DNA of 64,000 bases from Candidatus Micrarchaeota archaeon (GCA_016207165.1 JACQQD010000011.1:71715-135714), one strand, 5' to 3'; shown: positions 27,597 through 38,168, numbered from the stretch's first letter. A program made the numbers and translations. The notes: a model not told the origin generated them from the letters alone.

Positions 27597-28118
27597 ATGG
27601 CGTTGTTCTATTCGTACGTTGCGGCCTTCGGCTTCTCGCTAGCCATCATCCTTTTGTCCGCCGCCTATGCGTACAAGCATTACGCCAAGACCAGCGAAAT
27701 GTGTTGCATGATGGTGGGCATGGCGTATGGGACCGTCGCCGGCTTTGCCGCGGGAACGCTTTTGGTTTTGCCGACGGGCGACTACGTGCTGGGCATGATG
27801 GGCGGAACGGCGTTGGGCCTGTTGGTGGGCGTGCCCATGGGGCGTTGGGGCGGAGCGTTGGGAAGAATGGAGGGCGTCATGGCTGGGGTCATGGGCGGAC
27901 AAATGGGGGCCATGGTGGGCTTGATGGTTCGGCCCTTCGACGTGACATTGTTCATGGCGTACTATTTCGCGATGCTAGCGCTTTTGATGGGCGAAATGGC
28001 GTACGTCATGTACAAAAGCGCGAAAGTCAGTTTCCCAAAACGGGGAGCCGCCTTGTTTGCCCTCATCAGCCTCGTCGCGCTGGCACTGCCCTTTTTCTTG
28101 GACTTTTCCGTGTTCTGA
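27597..28118 (+). CDS. Met/Gly-rich membrane protein, putative copper transport
   Basis: MCCMMVGM and MEGVMAGVMGGQMGAM. Confidence 0.7.
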   Translation: MALFYSYVAAFGFSLAIILLSAAYAYKHYAKTSEMCCMMVGMAYGTVAGFAAGTLLVLPTGDYVLGMMGGTALGLLVGVPMGRWGGALGRMEGVMAGVMGGQMGAMVGLMVRPFDVTLFMAYYFAMLALLMGEMAYVMYKSAKVSFPKRGAALFALISLVALALPFFLDFSVF

Positions 28119-28129
28119 ACTCCCTTTAA

Positions 28130-28849
28130 TTAGCGGATTTGGAAGACCTGCTTGAACGTCCGGATATCCAAGGACGAGTCAAAGGTTCCGTTCGGACACG
28201 ACAGGCTGTAAATAAAGACGATCTTGTACAAACCCGGTTCGACCGGCACGCGGTCGTTCACGCACGAAACTTTGCCAAACGAGCAAGAGGCAGCGCCCAC
28301 GTCAAACGATTTCTGGTCCCACACCCAGGTAGCGGCTTGTTGACAGGCGTTGCTGACGGGCGTACAGGCGCCAGGCCCGCATGCGTTGGAACAGGAAGGC
28401 CAGCACGCGTAGTTGTCCACCGGCAACTTGGCAAACTCTTCAAACGAGTCGTCGCCGTATTGCTTGTAAACCGTCCAGCTTTGCTGGGCGTGCACGTACA
28501 CGGGTACCGGCGAATTCACGCGGAACAAGACGGGCTTTCCTTTCGGAACGGTTTGCTCGAACTCCAGGGAAACCGAGTCGTCGTGGCTTTTCATCACGGA
28601 AAACGGATCCACGTAGGCGTTGGGCGTTGGAGACGCGGAGGCAAGAGGCGCTTGGGAAGCGGAAGGCGTCGGAGAAACAAGCTCAACGGCGGGAGAAGGA
28701 GTTGAAACTTGAGGCCCTACGGTGGCAACAGAAGGGGCAACGGAAACCGAGAGCGGAGGGGAAACGGAAACGATTTCCAGGGAAGGCAAGTCAGACTGCA
28801 CACACCCCAGCAACAAAAAAGCCGCCACCCAAAAAAGTGTTCCGCGCAT
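28130..28849 (-). CDS. Putative lipoprotein, Ser/Pro linker and Cys-rich domain
   Basis: LLLGC lipobox-like motif; many C-terminal Cys. Confidence 0.7.
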   Translation of the reverse strand: MRGTLFWVAAFLLLGCVQSDLPSLEIVSVSPPLSVSVAPSVATVGPQVSTPSPAVELVSPTPSASQAPLASASPTPNAYVDPFSVMKSHDDSVSLEFEQTVPKGKPVLFRVNSPVPVYVHAQQSWTVYKQYGDDSFEEFAKLPVDNYACWPSCSNACGPGACTPVSNACQQAATWVWDQKSFDVGAASCSFGKVSCVNDRVPVEPGLYKIVFIYSLSCPNGTFDSSLDIRTFKQVFQIR

Positions 28850-28985
28850 GGTTTCAAGGTGAAACCCATGCCCTATTAAATGGTCTAGACGGGCCACGTC
28901 AAAAAACGGGGTTTTTAAAAGGCGGATTCCTAAAGCGTTACGTCGTTTTTTGAAAACCAAAAACACTTAGAGGTGTCGTTGTCCC

Positions 28986-30980
28986 ATGGATGTGAGCCTG
29001 ATGTTGCCGCTGGCTTTTGGAGCCGGCGTTTTGACGCTTTTGTTTTCCGCATACCTGACGTTTAGCGTGCTAAAGAGGCCGACGGGATCCGAGAAAATGC
29101 AGTCCATTGCCAAAGCCATCCAGGAAGGCGCGTCCGCCTACCTTTCCCGCCAATACAAGACCCTCGTCATCTTCGTCGTTTTGCTGGCGGCCTTGATCGG
29201 CTACTTCATCAACTTCGACACCGGCATCGCCTTTTTGGGCGGAGTGATCGCTTCCGCGTTGGCTGGCACCGTAGGCATGATGGTTTCGGTTCGAGCCAAC
29301 GTGCGCACCACCCAGGCGGCCACCACGGGATTGAAGCCGGCATTGGACGTAGCCGTGAAAGGCGGGGCCGTAACCGGATTTACCTTGATTGGCTTGGGGC
29401 TTTTGGGCGTCGCAGGGCTCTACAGCATCTACAGCAACCTGGAAGTGCTCATCGGATTTGGCTTCGGCGCATCCCTCATCTCGCTTTTTGCCCGCGTGGG
29501 CGGCGGCATTTACACGAAAGCCGCGGACGTGGGTGCGGACTTGGTGGGCAAAGTCGAGAAAGGCATTCCCGAAGACGACCCCAGAAACCCGGCGTACATC
29601 GCCGACAACGTCGGCGACAACGTGGGCGACTGCGCGGGCATGGCCGCCGATTTGTTTGAATCCTATGCCGTGACCCTCATTGCCGCCATGTTGTTGGGCG
29701 GCTTGGCGGCGGCGAGCCTCGGCGGAACCGCGTTGGAGTACATACTGCTTCCTCTCGGCGTGGCGTCGGTCGCTGGAATCGCATCCATCGTCGGCTCGTT
29801 TTTCATTCGGTTGGGTTCAAGCCAAAACATCATGCACGCCTTGTACAAAGGCGTGTTTGGAACCGCCGTTTTGTCCGCCGTCGGCTTCTATGTCTTGACG
29901 TCCGACCAACTCAACTTGTTTTACACCACCCTAGTCGGCCTCGTCATTACCATCCTGATGTTCCTCATCACCGAGTATTACACCGCCAAAGAGTACCGGC
30001 CCGTCAAAGAAGTGGCGGAAGCCTCCAGAACAGGCGCGGGCACCAACCTCATTTCGGGATTGGCCGTGGGTTTGGAAGCCACCGCTCTTCCAGCACTTCT
30101 CATCGTGTTGGGCATTTGGGCGGCCTACAGTTTCGCGGGATTGTACGGCATTGCCTTGGCGGCCGCGGCCATGCTGTCCATGACGGCCATGGTCATCACG
30201 TTGGACGCGTACGGGCCGATTACGGACAACGCAGGCGGCATCGCGGAATCCAGCGGCCTACCCGCCAAAGTCCGGAAAGTCACCGATGAACTGGACTCGG
30301 TGGGCAACACCACCAAAGCGACCACCAAAGGCTTTGCCATCGCCGGAGCCGCCTTGGGAGCGCTGGCGCTTTTTGCCGCATTTGCAGAAGCCACGCATCT
30401 GACCACCGTCAACTTGCTCAAACCGTCCGTAGTCATGGGTTTGTTCATTGGCGGCGTGCTGCCGTTTCTGTTCGCCTCACTGCTGATGAAAGCCGTGGGA
30501 AAAGCCGCGTTTGAAATCGTGGAAGAAGTCCGACGCCAATTCCGCACCATCAAAGGATTAATGAAAGGCACGGCGCGGCCCGACTACGCGCGCTGCGTGG
30601 ACTTGGCAACAGCCGGGGCCCTCAAACAGCTGTTGATTCCCGGCGTTTTGGCCGTGGCGGTTCCGCTTTTGGTCGGATGGCTTTTCGGCGTGGAAGCACT
30701 GGCGGGATTGCTGGGAGGCGTGATCGTGTCCGGCTTCTTGTTGGCGTTGTTCATGGCTACAAGCGGAGCCACGTGGGACAACGCCAAAAAATACGTGGAA
30801 GACGGACACTTCGGCGGCAAGGGCTCCGACACGCACAAGGCGGCCGTGGTCGGCGACACGGTGGGCGACCCCTTCAAGGACACTGCTGGACCGAGTTTGA
30901 ACTCGTTGATCAAGGTCGTCAACACCGTGGCGCTCGTGTTTGCCGGCGTGCTCTTGACGTACGCCTTGAACCTGGTGTAA
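28986..30980 (+). CDS. hppA: Membrane-bound proton-translocating pyrophosphatase (K+-independent type)
   Basis: [36 protein letters not shown]. Confidence 0.96.
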   Translation: MDVSLMLPLAFGAGVLTLLFSAYLTFSVLKRPTGSEKMQSIAKAIQEGASAYLSRQYKTLVIFVVLLAALIGYFINFDTGIAFLGGVIASALAGTVGMMVSVRANVRTTQAATTGLKPALDVAVKGGAVTGFTLIGLGLLGVAGLYSIYSNLEVLIGFGFGASLISLFARVGGGIYTKAADVGADLVGKVEKGIPEDDPRNPAYIADNVGDNVGDCAGMAADLFESYAVTLIAAMLLGGLAAASLGGTALEYILLPLGVASVAGIASIVGSFFIRLGSSQNIMHALYKGVFGTAVLSAVGFYVLTSDQLNLFYTTLVGLVITILMFLITEYYTAKEYRPVKEVAEASRTGAGTNLISGLAVGLEATALPALLIVLGIWAAYSFAGLYGIALAAAAMLSMTAMVITLDAYGPITDNAGGIAESSGLPAKVRKVTDELDSVGNTTKATTKGFAIAGAALGALALFAAFAEATHLTTVNLLKPSVVMGLFIGGVLPFLFASLLMKAVGKAAFEIVEEVRRQFRTIKGLMKGTARPDYARCVDLATAGALKQLLIPGVLAVAVPLLVGWLFGVEALAGLLGGVIVSGFLLALFMATSGATWDNAKKYVEDGHFGGKGSDTHKAAVVGDTVGDPFKDTAGPSLNSLIKVVNTVALVFAGVLLTYALNLV

Positions 30981-31028
30981 AAAAATTGTTTTTTTTTTGA
31001 AGAAGTATCGAATTGAGGGTGGTAAAAA

Positions 31029-31448
31029 ATGGTGGCGGTGTTGAACGTGAACTTGGTGGCCGTGCTCGTGGCGGCCGTCGTGCAAATGGCGTTGGGCTTT
31101 TTGTGGTACTCGCCCATGCTTTTTGGCAATTCATGGATGAAACTAGTGGGCATAAAACCCTCGGACATGGAGAAAGGCAAGAAAGAAATGCCGAAATCGG
31201 CGGGACTGGGATTTTTGGCGGCGGTAGTCATGACGTTCATCCTCGCGCAAGTCATCGGCTTCATGCAAGCCGCCACCCTGGTGGATGGCTTGCTGGCTGG
31301 GTTCTGGATGTGGCTGGGCTTTGTCGCCACGGTGTTGGCCGGCTTCGTGCTTTGGGAAGGAAAACCCGTCAAGCTGTACTTGATCAATTCGGGGTACTAC
31401 TTGGTGGCCCTGCTTTTGTCAAGCGCCATCCTCGTCCTCTGGAAGTAA
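31029..31448 (+). CDS. DUF1761-family membrane protein
   Basis: [13 protein letters not shown]; LYLINSGY. Confidence 0.85.
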   Translation: MVAVLNVNLVAVLVAAVVQMALGFLWYSPMLFGNSWMKLVGIKPSDMEKGKKEMPKSAGLGFLAAVVMTFILAQVIGFMQAATLVDGLLAGFWMWLGFVATVLAGFVLWEGKPVKLYLINSGYYLVALLLSSAILVLWK

Positions 31449-31626
31449 ACCGTTTCGAGGTCCGTTGGACCTCACTTTCCTTTTTTTTGTCATTTTGCCT
31501 GAACTAGATAAACCACGTGCTAAGAAGAAAGAAAAAACGTCAAAGGGCCACAACACGGCATGCAAAAAGTGAATCCGGAACACGTTAATTAAATCACTAG
31601 GCCTTTTGGTACAACGGGTAACTCCC

Positions 31627-32481
31627 ATGGTCTCGCAAATCAATGCACTGGTCGGCGTCATCGCCACGCTGTTGATTGCCATCTACGCCTTCCGAAAAAA
31701 GCAGTTGACGGAAAAAGGAGTCATTGCCGCCATGGGCGTCGGCATCACGCTTTTTGCGTTGGGCGGTTGGACGTGGTTCTCGCTGTTGGCCCTGTTTTTC
31801 ATTTCCTCGGCGGCCTGGTCCAAGTTCAAGAAAAACGAGAAAAAACCGTTCACGCAAGAACACGAGAAAACCGACGTGCGCGACGCCTGGCAGGTGCTCG
31901 CCAATTCCTTGTTCGCCGTGGTATTGGCCGCCATCCACTTCTTGAACCCTGACGCCGCGCTATTCGCCGCGTTCGCCGCGGCCGTGGCCACCGTCACCGC
32001 GGACACGTGGGCCACCGAAATCGGCATCCTGGACCCCAACGCCTACTCCATCCTGCATCGCAGCAAAGCGCAACGAGGCGACAGCGGCGTGGTGTCCGCC
32101 GGAGGCCTGGCGGCCGCCGCCGGGGCATCCGTTTTCATCGCGCTTTCCGCCGTGCTTCTAAACACCGTGAACAACGACTTGGCCGTCCATGGATTCTCCG
32201 ACATTCTCACCGCCCAATTCGTCGGCGGGGCCATGTTCGTCGCCATCGTCGCCGTCGCCGGCTTTTTCGGCTCCGTGGCGGACAGTTGGCTGGGCGCCAC
32301 CATCCAAGCCAAATACGAGTGCCCGAAATGCGGCAAACGCACGGAACAACCCATCCACTCCTGCGGCACCAAAGCCAAACTCGTCCAAGGATTCGCCGTC
32401 ATCGACAACGACTCCGTAAACTTTCTGGCCTCCATTGCCGGCGGGTTTATGGCCTACGTGCTCGGCGTATTCTTGTTTTAA
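31627..32481 (+). CDS. DUF92-family membrane protein
   Basis: RDAWQVLAN, ADTWATEIG, DSWLGATIQ, CPKC, NDSVNF. Confidence 0.88.
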   Translation: MVSQINALVGVIATLLIAIYAFRKKQLTEKGVIAAMGVGITLFALGGWTWFSLLALFFISSAAWSKFKKNEKKPFTQEHEKTDVRDAWQVLANSLFAVVLAAIHFLNPDAALFAAFAAAVATVTADTWATEIGILDPNAYSILHRSKAQRGDSGVVSAGGLAAAAGASVFIALSAVLLNTVNNDLAVHGFSDILTAQFVGGAMFVAIVAVAGFFGSVADSWLGATIQAKYECPKCGKRTEQPIHSCGTKAKLVQGFAVIDNDSVNFLASIAGGFMAYVLGVFLF

Positions 32482-32528
32482 TTGGTTCGTAAAAGCAAAC
32501 GGTTGAAAAACCCGACACCCCCAAAAAC

Positions 32529-33551
32529 ATGCACCGCATGATCAATTTTGCCAGCGACAACTGGGCGCCCGCCCACCCCAACGTCCTGAAAGCCGTCCAG
32601 GATGCCAACGAAGGTCCCGAACCCGCATACGGCAACGACGAGTGGACAAAGAAAGCGGAGGAAAAGTTCAAAAAAGTTTTCGGAAAACAAGCGGAAACCT
32701 TTTTTGTTTTCACGGGCACCGGCGCCAACGTGCTTTCGCTGCAAGCCCTCACTCGACCCCACCACGCTGTTTTGTGCGCGAAAACCGCGCACGCGTATGA
32801 AGACGAATGCGGGGCGCCGGAACGCTTCACCGGCTCCAAGCTCTTGCCCCTGGAAACAAGCCACGGAAAACTGGATGCGGAAACCCTGGAAAACCACTTG
32901 GGCCACATGGCGCCCCACCAAAACAAGCCTACTACCGTTTCTATCACGCAGTCCACAGAACTGGGCACTACGTACACCTTGGAGGAAATGGCGGACCTAA
33001 CGGAATGCGGCCAACGCAACAAACTGGGCCTGCATGTGGACGGGGCACGGCTTTGCAACGCCGCCGCCTACCTCAACGTTCCACTAAAGCAATTGGTTGA
33101 AGGAGTGGACGTACTGTCGTTTGGCGGAACCAAGAACGGGTTGCTGGGCGCGGAAGCCGTCGTCTTCTTGAACCCGGAAAAAGCGGAGGAATTCGCGTAC
33201 ACGCGCAAGCAATCCATGCAGTTGGCGTCCAAGATGCGTTACCTGTCCGCACAGTTTCTGGCGTTCTTTGAAAACGATTTGTGGCTGGAAAACGCGCGTC
33301 ACGCCAACGAAATGGCGAAACGCCTGGAAGAAAAAATCAGGGAGGCGGGGGCACTCACGGTCCTCCACCCCGTGGAAGCCAACCTCTTGTTCGTCAAACT
33401 ACCCCAACGCGCCATCGACGTCTTGCAAAAAGACTACGCCTTCTACGAATTGGATCCAATTAACCACGTGAGCCGGTTCGTCACGTCGTTCAACACGAAA
33501 AAAGAGGAAGTCGACGCGTTCGCGGAAGCCATCCAAAAAGCGGTTCGCTAA
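32529..33551 (+). CDS. Low-specificity L-threonine aldolase (PLP)
   Basis: FASDN, TGTGAN, HVDGAR, SFGGTKNG, SKMRY. Confidence 0.92.
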   Translation: MHRMINFASDNWAPAHPNVLKAVQDANEGPEPAYGNDEWTKKAEEKFKKVFGKQAETFFVFTGTGANVLSLQALTRPHHAVLCAKTAHAYEDECGAPERFTGSKLLPLETSHGKLDAETLENHLGHMAPHQNKPTTVSITQSTELGTTYTLEEMADLTECGQRNKLGLHVDGARLCNAAAYLNVPLKQLVEGVDVLSFGGTKNGLLGAEAVVFLNPEKAEEFAYTRKQSMQLASKMRYLSAQFLAFFENDLWLENARHANEMAKRLEEKIREAGALTVLHPVEANLLFVKLPQRAIDVLQKDYAFYELDPINHVSRFVTSFNTKKEEVDAFAEAIQKAVR

Positions 33552-33553
33552 GA

Positions 33554-33664
33554 TTACCAGACTTTCCTCTTTTTCGGCCGCTTGCCTTTAAGCTTGGACT
33601 TGTCGCGTTTTTTCCTCAAAGCGACTTGCCGCGCGCGGCGGACCTGCTTGGATTTCAACACCAT
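33554..33664 (-). CDS. 36-aa highly basic microprotein
   Basis: MVLKSKQVRRARQVALRKKRDKSKLKGKRPKKRKVW; AAGGTG Shine-Dalgarno; not in ORF track. Confidence 0.55.
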   Translation of the reverse strand: MVLKSKQVRRARQVALRKKRDKSKLKGKRPKKRKVW

Positions 33665-33705
33665 ACTGGAAACACCTTCCCATGTTCATTGAGCCAATCA
33701 ACCAA

Positions 33706-34599
33706 TTAAAACGATACCATGCGCTGGTACAAGCCAAAGCGCTCGTCAATATCTTTCCTCGAAACGGATGCGAGGCGCTTGAGACCAAAATCTTCTACAG
33801 CCAGAGAACCCATGACGTGTCCAAAAGCCATGGCTTTTTTGTAAGAAGAAACGTCCCACGTCTTGCACTGCGTTAAGTGCCCCAAAAACCCGGCGGCAAA
33901 ACTGTCTCCAGCGCCAGTCGGGTCCACCACCTCTTCCAGCGGAAACGCCGGCGACGGCAAAATGAAGTCCTTGGAAAACAACAGCGCGCCGTGCTCGCCC
34001 TTCTTAATCAAAACCAGTTTCGGCCCCAAGTCCAGCACGTATTTCGCGGCTTTCACCAAATTCGGCGTGTCAGCCAGCATGCGGGCCTCCACGTCGTTTA
34101 ACAAAACCGAATCCACCGCGGAAACGACGCGGTCCAAGTTCCTTCGATCGTTCTGAATGTAGAATTCAATGGTGTCCAACATGGAAAACTTCGGGTCTTC
34201 CATCTGTTCCAACACGGACAACTGTTGCTTGGGGGGAAGCGTACCCAAGTACACGAAGTCATGGCCCCGCCACGCTTTCGGCACAACGGGCTTGAAATCC
34301 TGCATGCAATTTAATTCCAGCTTGTTCGTGGTGCGGGCCTGCAAGTCAAAACCGTAATTCCAGTCCACGAAAAACGTCTTTCCGCCTTTTTGCACGCCGT
34401 CCATGGCGACGCCTTTTTTCTCCAAAAACCGCCAGTGTTCAACCGGAAAATCGTCGCCCACACAGCCCACCAAATGGGTCTTGGAAAAAAACGAGGCGCC
34501 ATAAGAGAAAAACGACGCCGCACCGCCCAACTGCCGTTCGTACACGGCAAACGGCGTGCGCGTGGTGTCCAAAGCAATGGAGCCGGTACAGACAATCAT
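33706..34599 (-). CDS. PfkB-family sugar/nucleoside kinase
   Basis: GGAASF; DPTGAGDSFAAGF. Confidence 0.92.
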   Translation of the reverse strand: MIVCTGSIALDTTRTPFAVYERQLGGAASFFSYGASFFSKTHLVGCVGDDFPVEHWRFLEKKGVAMDGVQKGGKTFFVDWNYGFDLQARTTNKLELNCMQDFKPVVPKAWRGHDFVYLGTLPPKQQLSVLEQMEDPKFSMLDTIEFYIQNDRRNLDRVVSAVDSVLLNDVEARMLADTPNLVKAAKYVLDLGPKLVLIKKGEHGALLFSKDFILPSPAFPLEEVVDPTGAGDSFAAGFLGHLTQCKTWDVSSYKKAMAFGHVMGSLAVEDFGLKRLASVSRKDIDERFGLYQRMVSF

Positions 34600-34612
34600 G
34601 CCCTAGTTTACC

Positions 34613-34840
34613 TCAAGCATACTTCATGAATTCGTCACGGTTGATTTGCAAGTCTTTTCGAATAATCTTGTTCAGCAGCCCCCGGTCAACGTCGTCTCCG
34701 GGATGGTTGGGCACCGTAGTCGTTCGACCATCCGGATGCTTAAAGAACATGTGGCTCCCATGCTGACGGTCCAAGCGGAAACCGATTTTTTGAAGGATTT
34801 TTGCGACTTCTTTTGCCGACAGCAATGGCAACTTGGTCAT
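34613..34840 (-). CDS. hicA: HicA-family toxin
   Basis: RQHGSH.FFKHPDGRTTTVPNH. Confidence 0.92.
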   Translation of the reverse strand: MTKLPLLSAKEVAKILQKIGFRLDRQHGSHMFFKHPDGRTTTVPNHPGDDVDRGLLNKIIRKDLQINRDEFMKYA

Positions 34841-34867
34841 GACGTCAAAACCGCTTGAAAATGACCC

Positions 34868-35080
34868 TTACCCGACAGCCAGCTTTTGGATTCCCAAAAA
34901 CTTCTGCTTGCCTTCAACGGTTTTCTCCATGAGACACAACTCGATGACTTCACGGGTGCGCTTGAGCAACTCGTCCATGGTCTTAGCTTGGGTGTGGCAA
35001 CCCGGGAGCTCGACGACTTCCGAAATGAGGTACCCGTCTTCGCCTTGTTCAATGATTACCGTGTATTCCTTAGTAGCCAT
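34868..35080 (-). CDS. hicB: HicB-family antitoxin
   Basis: YTVIIEQGEDGY...ELPGCHTQAKT..EL...REVIEL. Confidence 0.92.
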   Translation of the reverse strand: MATKEYTVIIEQGEDGYLISEVVELPGCHTQAKTMDELLKRTREVIELCLMEKTVEGKQKFLGIQKLAVG

Positions 35081-35203
35081 TTTTTCACCGGTACGCCCTA
35101 TGGACGCGGCAGTATAAAGCGTTGCGTATTTGAGGGACTGACATAAAGTTGAAAACAAAATTGGAGGAAAGAGGCGGCGAGGCCGCTCTCCCAAAAAACG
35201 GGT

Positions 35204-36037
35204 TCAACCCTTCGCGCCTTTCAGGTACAGCAAGGTGTTCAAAACCATGTTGCGGCTTCCGCCCGTCTGGGTCGTGCCGGGGTCAAAGGCGAAATACAGC
35301 GTCTTTCCAGCCACGAGGCCCTGGCTTTCGATGATGCCAAAAGTCGCCGGAGAGGTGGGGCGTCCGCCCACGCTGTCGATGTACGCCAACACCTTCGAGT
35401 TGGCGTTCGGAAGCACTTCAATCACGCGTCCGCTGAAAACGAAGTTCTTGATGCCGTTGAACATGGGGTGGTCCACGGAAACGATGCGGAACTTGCCGCC
35501 GGAGACATCCACCGAACCCCGCGTGTTCACGGGTTCGTGAAACAATACCGCCCGGTACGTCACCGGAACGACGTCGCCCAAGGAACCAATGCCGATGTCC
35601 CAGCCGATGGCGTTCACGTCGTCGCTTACCGTCGTGCACGCGTCGCCGACGACAATAAGTTTTCCGCCAGCCTTGATGCGGTCGGCAATGACTTTCCGCG
35701 CCGTCCGATCGCACACGCGAGAGCCCTGAAGAACCACGACGTCGGCGTCATCCAAAACGCCTGGAACGATGAAATCCTGCCTGAAATCGGCCACGTACGT
35801 CACGCCGGCGATGCGGAAGTCCTCGCTTTGCAGCATGAGTTTAAGGGGTTCCGAGGCTTTTCCGACGATGTAGACGTTGATTTTGGGAGCGGGAAAAAGT
35901 CCTCCAACCACCGGCACGGAGCTGAGGTTGACCAAACCGAACTTGCCGGCAATGAACACGCCGAGAATGATGATGAGAATCAACGGGATCAAGCTTTCGT
36001 ACGCTTTACCCGGAACGGCGTATTGACCCCGCTTCAT
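35204..36037 (-). CDS. Membrane-anchored protein, GATase-like fold, possible class III signal
   Basis: MKRGQ N-terminus; TM; GGKLIVVGD; GKTLYFAFDP. Confidence 0.75.
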   Translation of the reverse strand: MKRGQYAVPGKAYESLIPLILIIILGVFIAGKFGLVNLSSVPVVGGLFPAPKINVYIVGKASEPLKLMLQSEDFRIAGVTYVADFRQDFIVPGVLDDADVVVLQGSRVCDRTARKVIADRIKAGGKLIVVGDACTTVSDDVNAIGWDIGIGSLGDVVPVTYRAVLFHEPVNTRGSVDVSGGKFRIVSVDHPMFNGIKNFVFSGRVIEVLPNANSKVLAYIDSVGGRPTSPATFGIIESQGLVAGKTLYFAFDPGTTQTGGSRNMVLNTLLYLKGAKG

Positions 36038-36132
36038 CCAAATACCACCACTTGTGAGTTTAAACTTTCAAGAAGACCTTGCCTTCTTTTGTTTATAAAA
36101 CGTGCCCTCCTTTTAAAGGATTTGCACGGCGC

Positions 36133-37152
36133 TCAGTCCCGGTTTTCCGTCTCCGCGGCGGTCCGATCCGGCGCAAAGGGGGTTCCCGAACAAGCCGCGA
36201 TGTAGTCCCACATGTTCGTCATGAGGGTGTTGGAATTCACGCGCTCGGGAGGGAAGGCAAAGTAAATGACTTTGCCGGCAAAGCGGGTCTCGAAGATGCC
36301 TGGATACCGGTCGGAGCCGTCTTCGATGAACGCCAGGATATCCGTGGCGGACGTGTCGGCGCGCACGATGGCGTATTCCTGGATGAACGTATTGGACAAC
36401 GTCCGAACCAGTCCCCGGGCCACCAAGTGGTCGGGACGCACAATAGTCAAATTGGCGTAGTGGCCCCGCGAACGGTACACCGTGCGGTTGTAGTCGGCGG
36501 CCACCGCCGCCTTCAATAACCGGAAGCCCGTGCGCACGCGCGAGGAGTCGTTCAGAACGTCAAACCACTCCGTTTCCTGCCAGTGCTTGATGCTTTCCTT
36601 GGCGTATTCGCTGTCCCAAGACTGGTTGCGGATGACCAGCGAACGCGACAATTCCCGGTAAAACGAAGCGTTTTCCTGTTCGGCCGTCAGCACGTCGTAG
36701 GGATCGATGGTGTGAACCGTCGCCGAGTCACCCACCAGCACCAGCGTCCCGCCCCGCTCCAAGTAATCCGCCAACACCCTTGTTTGAAGGGAGGTGAGGG
36801 TTTTGGCACGCTCCAAAATCACGACGTCGTAACGCCGCAAGAGCCCCAGGCTCAAGTCGGACACGGGAATCGGCACCAAGGCGATGTCGGGACGCAACTG
36901 CCGGATGCGTTCCTCCAAACTGCCGGGATGGTCGGGGTCAATGTACGGGTTTCCGATCCCGTCTCCCTCCGGCCCATACAGGATGGCGACTTGGCTGTGG
37001 CTGCGCACCACCACGTCGCAGTAAATGTTGCACCAGCCGGGAATTTGGGAGCAGTGGATCCACTGGAATTTGGTTAGAACCACCAAGAGCACGACGACTA
37101 AAACGGCTAAAACCACCAAGTGCGTCAGGTCGCGGCCGAAATTGGAGGGCAT
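36133..37152 (-). CDS. Membrane-anchored paralogue of the adjacent gene
   Basis: TM; CxxxPGWC; GGTLVLVGD; GKVIYFAFPP. Confidence 0.75.
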   Translation of the reverse strand: MPSNFGRDLTHLVVLAVLVVVLLVVLTKFQWIHCSQIPGWCNIYCDVVVRSHSQVAILYGPEGDGIGNPYIDPDHPGSLEERIRQLRPDIALVPIPVSDLSLGLLRRYDVVILERAKTLTSLQTRVLADYLERGGTLVLVGDSATVHTIDPYDVLTAEQENASFYRELSRSLVIRNQSWDSEYAKESIKHWQETEWFDVLNDSSRVRTGFRLLKAAVAADYNRTVYRSRGHYANLTIVRPDHLVARGLVRTLSNTFIQEYAIVRADTSATDILAFIEDGSDRYPGIFETRFAGKVIYFAFPPERVNSNTLMTNMWDYIAACSGTPFAPDRTAAETENRD

Positions 37153-37194
37153 GGGACAGAATCTTTAAAAGCCAGCTTCAATAAAAACGAATCT

Positions 37195-37347
37195 ATGGCC
37201 AAAGACACCATTTCCGCGCCCCAGTCCCAAACCGGTCTGATGCGCTTTTACGACGTCTCGTCCAGCAACATCCAAATCGACCCCAAAGTCGTCATCGCCT
37301 TGGCCGTCGCCGTCATCGTCCTGGAACTGGTTCTGCAAGCATTCTAG
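37195..37347 (+). CDS. secG: Preprotein translocase subunit Sec61beta
   Basis: PQSQTGLMRFYD...IDPKVV followed by a TM segment. Confidence 0.88.
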   Translation: MAKDTISAPQSQTGLMRFYDVSSSNIQIDPKVVIALAVAVIVLELVLQAF

Positions 37348-38168
37348 AAAAAGATTCTAGCAGTATAAGCTACGCTAAAACCCCTTTCGTGTTGCGCGGA
37401 CTTTAAATCTTTAAAGCTCAATTCTTGATTTTTCTTTAAGTTGCTAATAACCGAGTTAAGTGCTAAAACTTCTGCCTGAGTGCCTATCAAATGAATTGCT
37501 ATCCAATTTTGATTTGAAGAAGAAGCTAGTTCTTTAATGGAATCAACTAAACGCACTTCGTCCAAAAGCTCATCTGGTTTTACCAACAGTACAAAGGAAG
37601 TATAGTTTTCAGCCCAAAAATTGAACTTCTCAACTATCTTTGCCTTGTTTTGCTTCGGCGTACCTAAGATAGGCGCAAGTTCATCAAGTAACAAGAATAT
37701 GTCGCCAGTCGATAACATGTGGAGAATACTTAAACCGCGCTCTTTGTAAAGAGTGTAAACTGAATCTTTTATACGAGCAACACGATCATTGAGACCTTTT
37801 TTTTGCAAATCCAAAAGAGCCTGGCCCTGACGCAAAGCTGAACGATCAGGAGTTGGTAGTAGATAGTAAAGCGCTTCAAGCCGGGAATCTTCAAACTGTA
37901 TTTCAGTAATTTCTCTCGCAGCACTTGGATCAGTAGATGCCAAAACAGACGAGTTACTCCACAACTTAGAAAGGACTTTTCTGGCTTTTTCTTTAAGCTC
38001 TTCTGGGATCGCTCGCCAAAGATTTACTATTTGTCTGATGGCGGAAAACGTTTTCTCTGGGGTTAGCCCACCAAGCGCGGAAACCGCGTCGACAATCGAG
38101 GAGATAATACGGATGGCGAAACTTTTATCGAGATCATCACCGCTATTCTTTTTGGCTTTTTGGCTCAC
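37344..38168 (-). CDS. Hypothetical protein, AT-rich islet
   Basis: 274-aa ORF with atypical AT-rich codons. Confidence 0.7.
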   Translation of the reverse strand: MSQKAKKNSGDDLDKSFAIRIISSIVDAVSALGGLTPEKTFSAIRQIVNLWRAIPEELKEKARKVLSKLWSNSSVLASTDPSAAREITEIQFEDSRLEALYYLLPTPDRSALRQGQALLDLQKKGLNDRVARIKDSVYTLYKERGLSILHMLSTGDIFLLLDELAPILGTPKQNKAKIVEKFNFWAENYTSFVLLVKPDELLDEVRLVDSIKELASSSNQNWIAIHLIGTQAEVLALNSVISNLKKNQELSFKDLKSAQHERGFSVAYTARIFF

